This document shows, in pieces, positions 62,532 through 64,000 of a stretch of 64,000 bases of DNA (its first letter is position 1; each line of letters begins with the position of its first letter). The position numbers and the translations under genes were made by a program. The notes under the pieces were generated by a model. The model saw nothing but the letters and a program-made list of their open reading frames with translations. It did not search any database and was not told where the DNA came from. Source of the DNA: Escherichia coli (lineage in GTDB: Bacteria > Pseudomonadota > Gammaproteobacteria > Enterobacterales > Enterobacteriaceae); assembly GCF_050920415.1 (NCBI RefSeq), contig NZ_CP169309.1; one strand, given 5' to 3'.

Positions 62532-63752
62532 ATGACACCAGGCGGACAAGCTCAGATAGGTAATGTTGATCTCGTAAAACAGCTTAACAGCGCGGCGGTT
62601 TATCGCCTGATTGACCAGTATGGGCCAATCTCGCGGATTCAGATTGCCGAGCAAAGCCAGCTTGCCCCCGCCAGCGTAACCAAGATTACGCGTCAGCTTA
62701 TCGAACGCGGGCTGATCAAAGAAGTTGATCAGCAGGCCTCCACCGGGGGCCGCCGCGCTATCTCCATTGTCACCGAAACCCGCAATTTCCACGCAATCGG
62801 CGTACGGCTTGGTCGTCATGACGCCACCATCACCCTGTTTGATCTCAGCAGCAAAGTGCTGGCAGAGGAACATTACCCGTTGCCTGAACGCACTCAGCAA
62901 ACGCTGGAACATGCACTGCTGAATGCCATTGCTCAGTTTATTGATAGCTACCAGCGCAAACTGCGCGAGCTGATCGCCATTTCCGTGATCCTGCCAGGGC
63001 TTGTTGACCCGGACAGTGGCAAAATTCATTACATGCCGCATATTCAGGTAGAAAACTGGGGACTGGTAGAAGCACTGGAAGAACGTTTTAAAGTGACCTG
63101 TTTTGTCGGCCACGATATCCGCAGTCTGGCACTGGCAGAGCACTACTTCGGTGCAAGCCAGGATTGCGAAGACTCCATTCTGGTGCGTGTGCATCGCGGA
63201 ACCGGGGCAGGGATTATCTCTAACGGGCGCATTTTTATCGGGCGCAACGGCAACGTCGGTGAAATTGGCCATATTCAGGTCGAACCGCTGGGTGAACGCT
63301 GCCACTGCGGCAACTTTGGCTGCCTGGAAACTATCGCCGCCAACGCTGCCATTGAACAACGGGTGTTGAATCTGTTAAAGCAGGGCTACCAGAGCCGTGT
63401 GCCACTGGACGACTGCACCATCAAAACTATCTGCAAAGCCGCGAACAAAGGCGATAGCCTGGCGTCGGAAGTGATTGAGTATGTCGGTCGTCATCTGGGC
63501 AAAACCATCGCCATTGCTATCAACTTATTTAATCCGCAAAAAATTGTTATTGCCGGTGAAATCACCGAAGCCGATAAAGTGCTGCTCCCTGCTATTGAAA
63601 GCTGCATTAATACCCAGGCGCTGAAGGCGTTTCGTACTAATCTGCCGGTGGTACGTTCTGAGCTGGATCACCGCTCGGCAATCGGCGCTTTTGCGCTGGT
63701 AAAACGCGCCATGCTCAACGGTATTTTGCTCCAGCATTTGCTGGAAAATTAA
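62532..63752 (+). CDS. nagC: ROK-family transcriptional regulator NagC
   Basis: 406 aa ORF. Confidence 0.97.
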   Translation: MTPGGQAQIGNVDLVKQLNSAAVYRLIDQYGPISRIQIAEQSQLAPASVTKITRQLIERGLIKEVDQQASTGGRRAISIVTETRNFHAIGVRLGRHDATITLFDLSSKVLAEEHYPLPERTQQTLEHALLNAIAQFIDSYQRKLRELIAISVILPGLVDPDSGKIHYMPHIQVENWGLVEALEERFKVTCFVGHDIRSLALAEHYFGASQDCEDSILVRVHRGTGAGIISNGRIFIGRNGNVGEIGHIQVEPLGERCHCGNFGCLETIAANAAIEQRVLNLLKQGYQSRVPLDDCTIKTICKAANKGDSLASEVIEYVGRHLGKTIAIAINLFNPQKIVIAGEITEADKVLLPAIESCINTQALKAFRTNLPVVRSELDHRSAIGAFALVKRAMLNGILLQHLLEN

Positions 63753-63799
63753 TGTGCTTTTATAGTGGCGCTTATTGTTGTCAATATTCTGGGTAGTCC

Positions 63800-64000
63800 A
63801 TGACCATTAAAAATGTAATTTGCGATATCGACGGCGTGCTGATGCACGATAACGTCGCCGTACCGGGTGCAGCGGAATTTTTGCACGGGATTATGGATAA
63901 AGGCCTGCCGCTGGTGTTGCTGACCAACTATCCTTCGCAGACCGGGCAGGATCTGGCGAACCGCTTTGCCACTGCGGGTGTAGATGTGCCGGACAGCGTG
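63800..64000 (+). CDS. nagD: HAD-family ribonucleotide phosphatase NagD, 5' partial (runs off window)
   Basis: MTIKNVICDIDGVLMHDNVAVPGAAEFLHG... HAD motif I DxDG. Confidence 0.9.
   Translation, partial: MTIKNVICDIDGVLMHDNVAVPGAAEFLHGIMDKGLPLVLLTNYPSQTGQDLANRFATAGVDVPDSV

Overview
E. coli-like chromosomal segment, in reverse orientation relative to the K-12 map, with conserved core genes throughout: sucDCBA, sdhBADC, gltA, the ybgD/Q/P/O cryptic fimbrial operon, abrB, nei, pxpACB, ybgI, dtpD, phr, ybgA, then kdpFABCDE, speFL-speF-potE, pgm, seqA, ybfF, ybfE, fldA, uof-fur, chiQ, chiP, glnS, nagE and nagBACD. All calls come from reading the supplied ORF translations and the raw sequence; no database search was run. 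Three accessory insertions stand out. (1) Between ybfA and ybgA, where K-12 carries an Rhs element, sits an orphan T6SS-type module: a 1151-1162 aa VgrG spike protein fused to a C-terminal colicin E9-like HNH DNase, followed 14 nt downstream by an Im9-like immunity gene. No other T6SS genes are in the window. This is the most interesting candidate system. (2) Just downstream of that cassette is a group II intron with an En-minus reverse transcriptase and a recognisable domain V, itself interrupted by a complete IS2 with a 5-bp target duplication; a truncated H-repeat (ISAs1-type) remnant follows. (3) The fimbrial usher gene ybgQ is split by an IS21-like element with a perfect 5-bp target duplication (ACCGC); both istA and istB appear frameshifted. 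REP/BIME repeats and several rho-independent terminators are annotated. No tRNA, rRNA or CRISPR array was seen. Coordinates of boundaries inferred by eye are approximate to a few bp.
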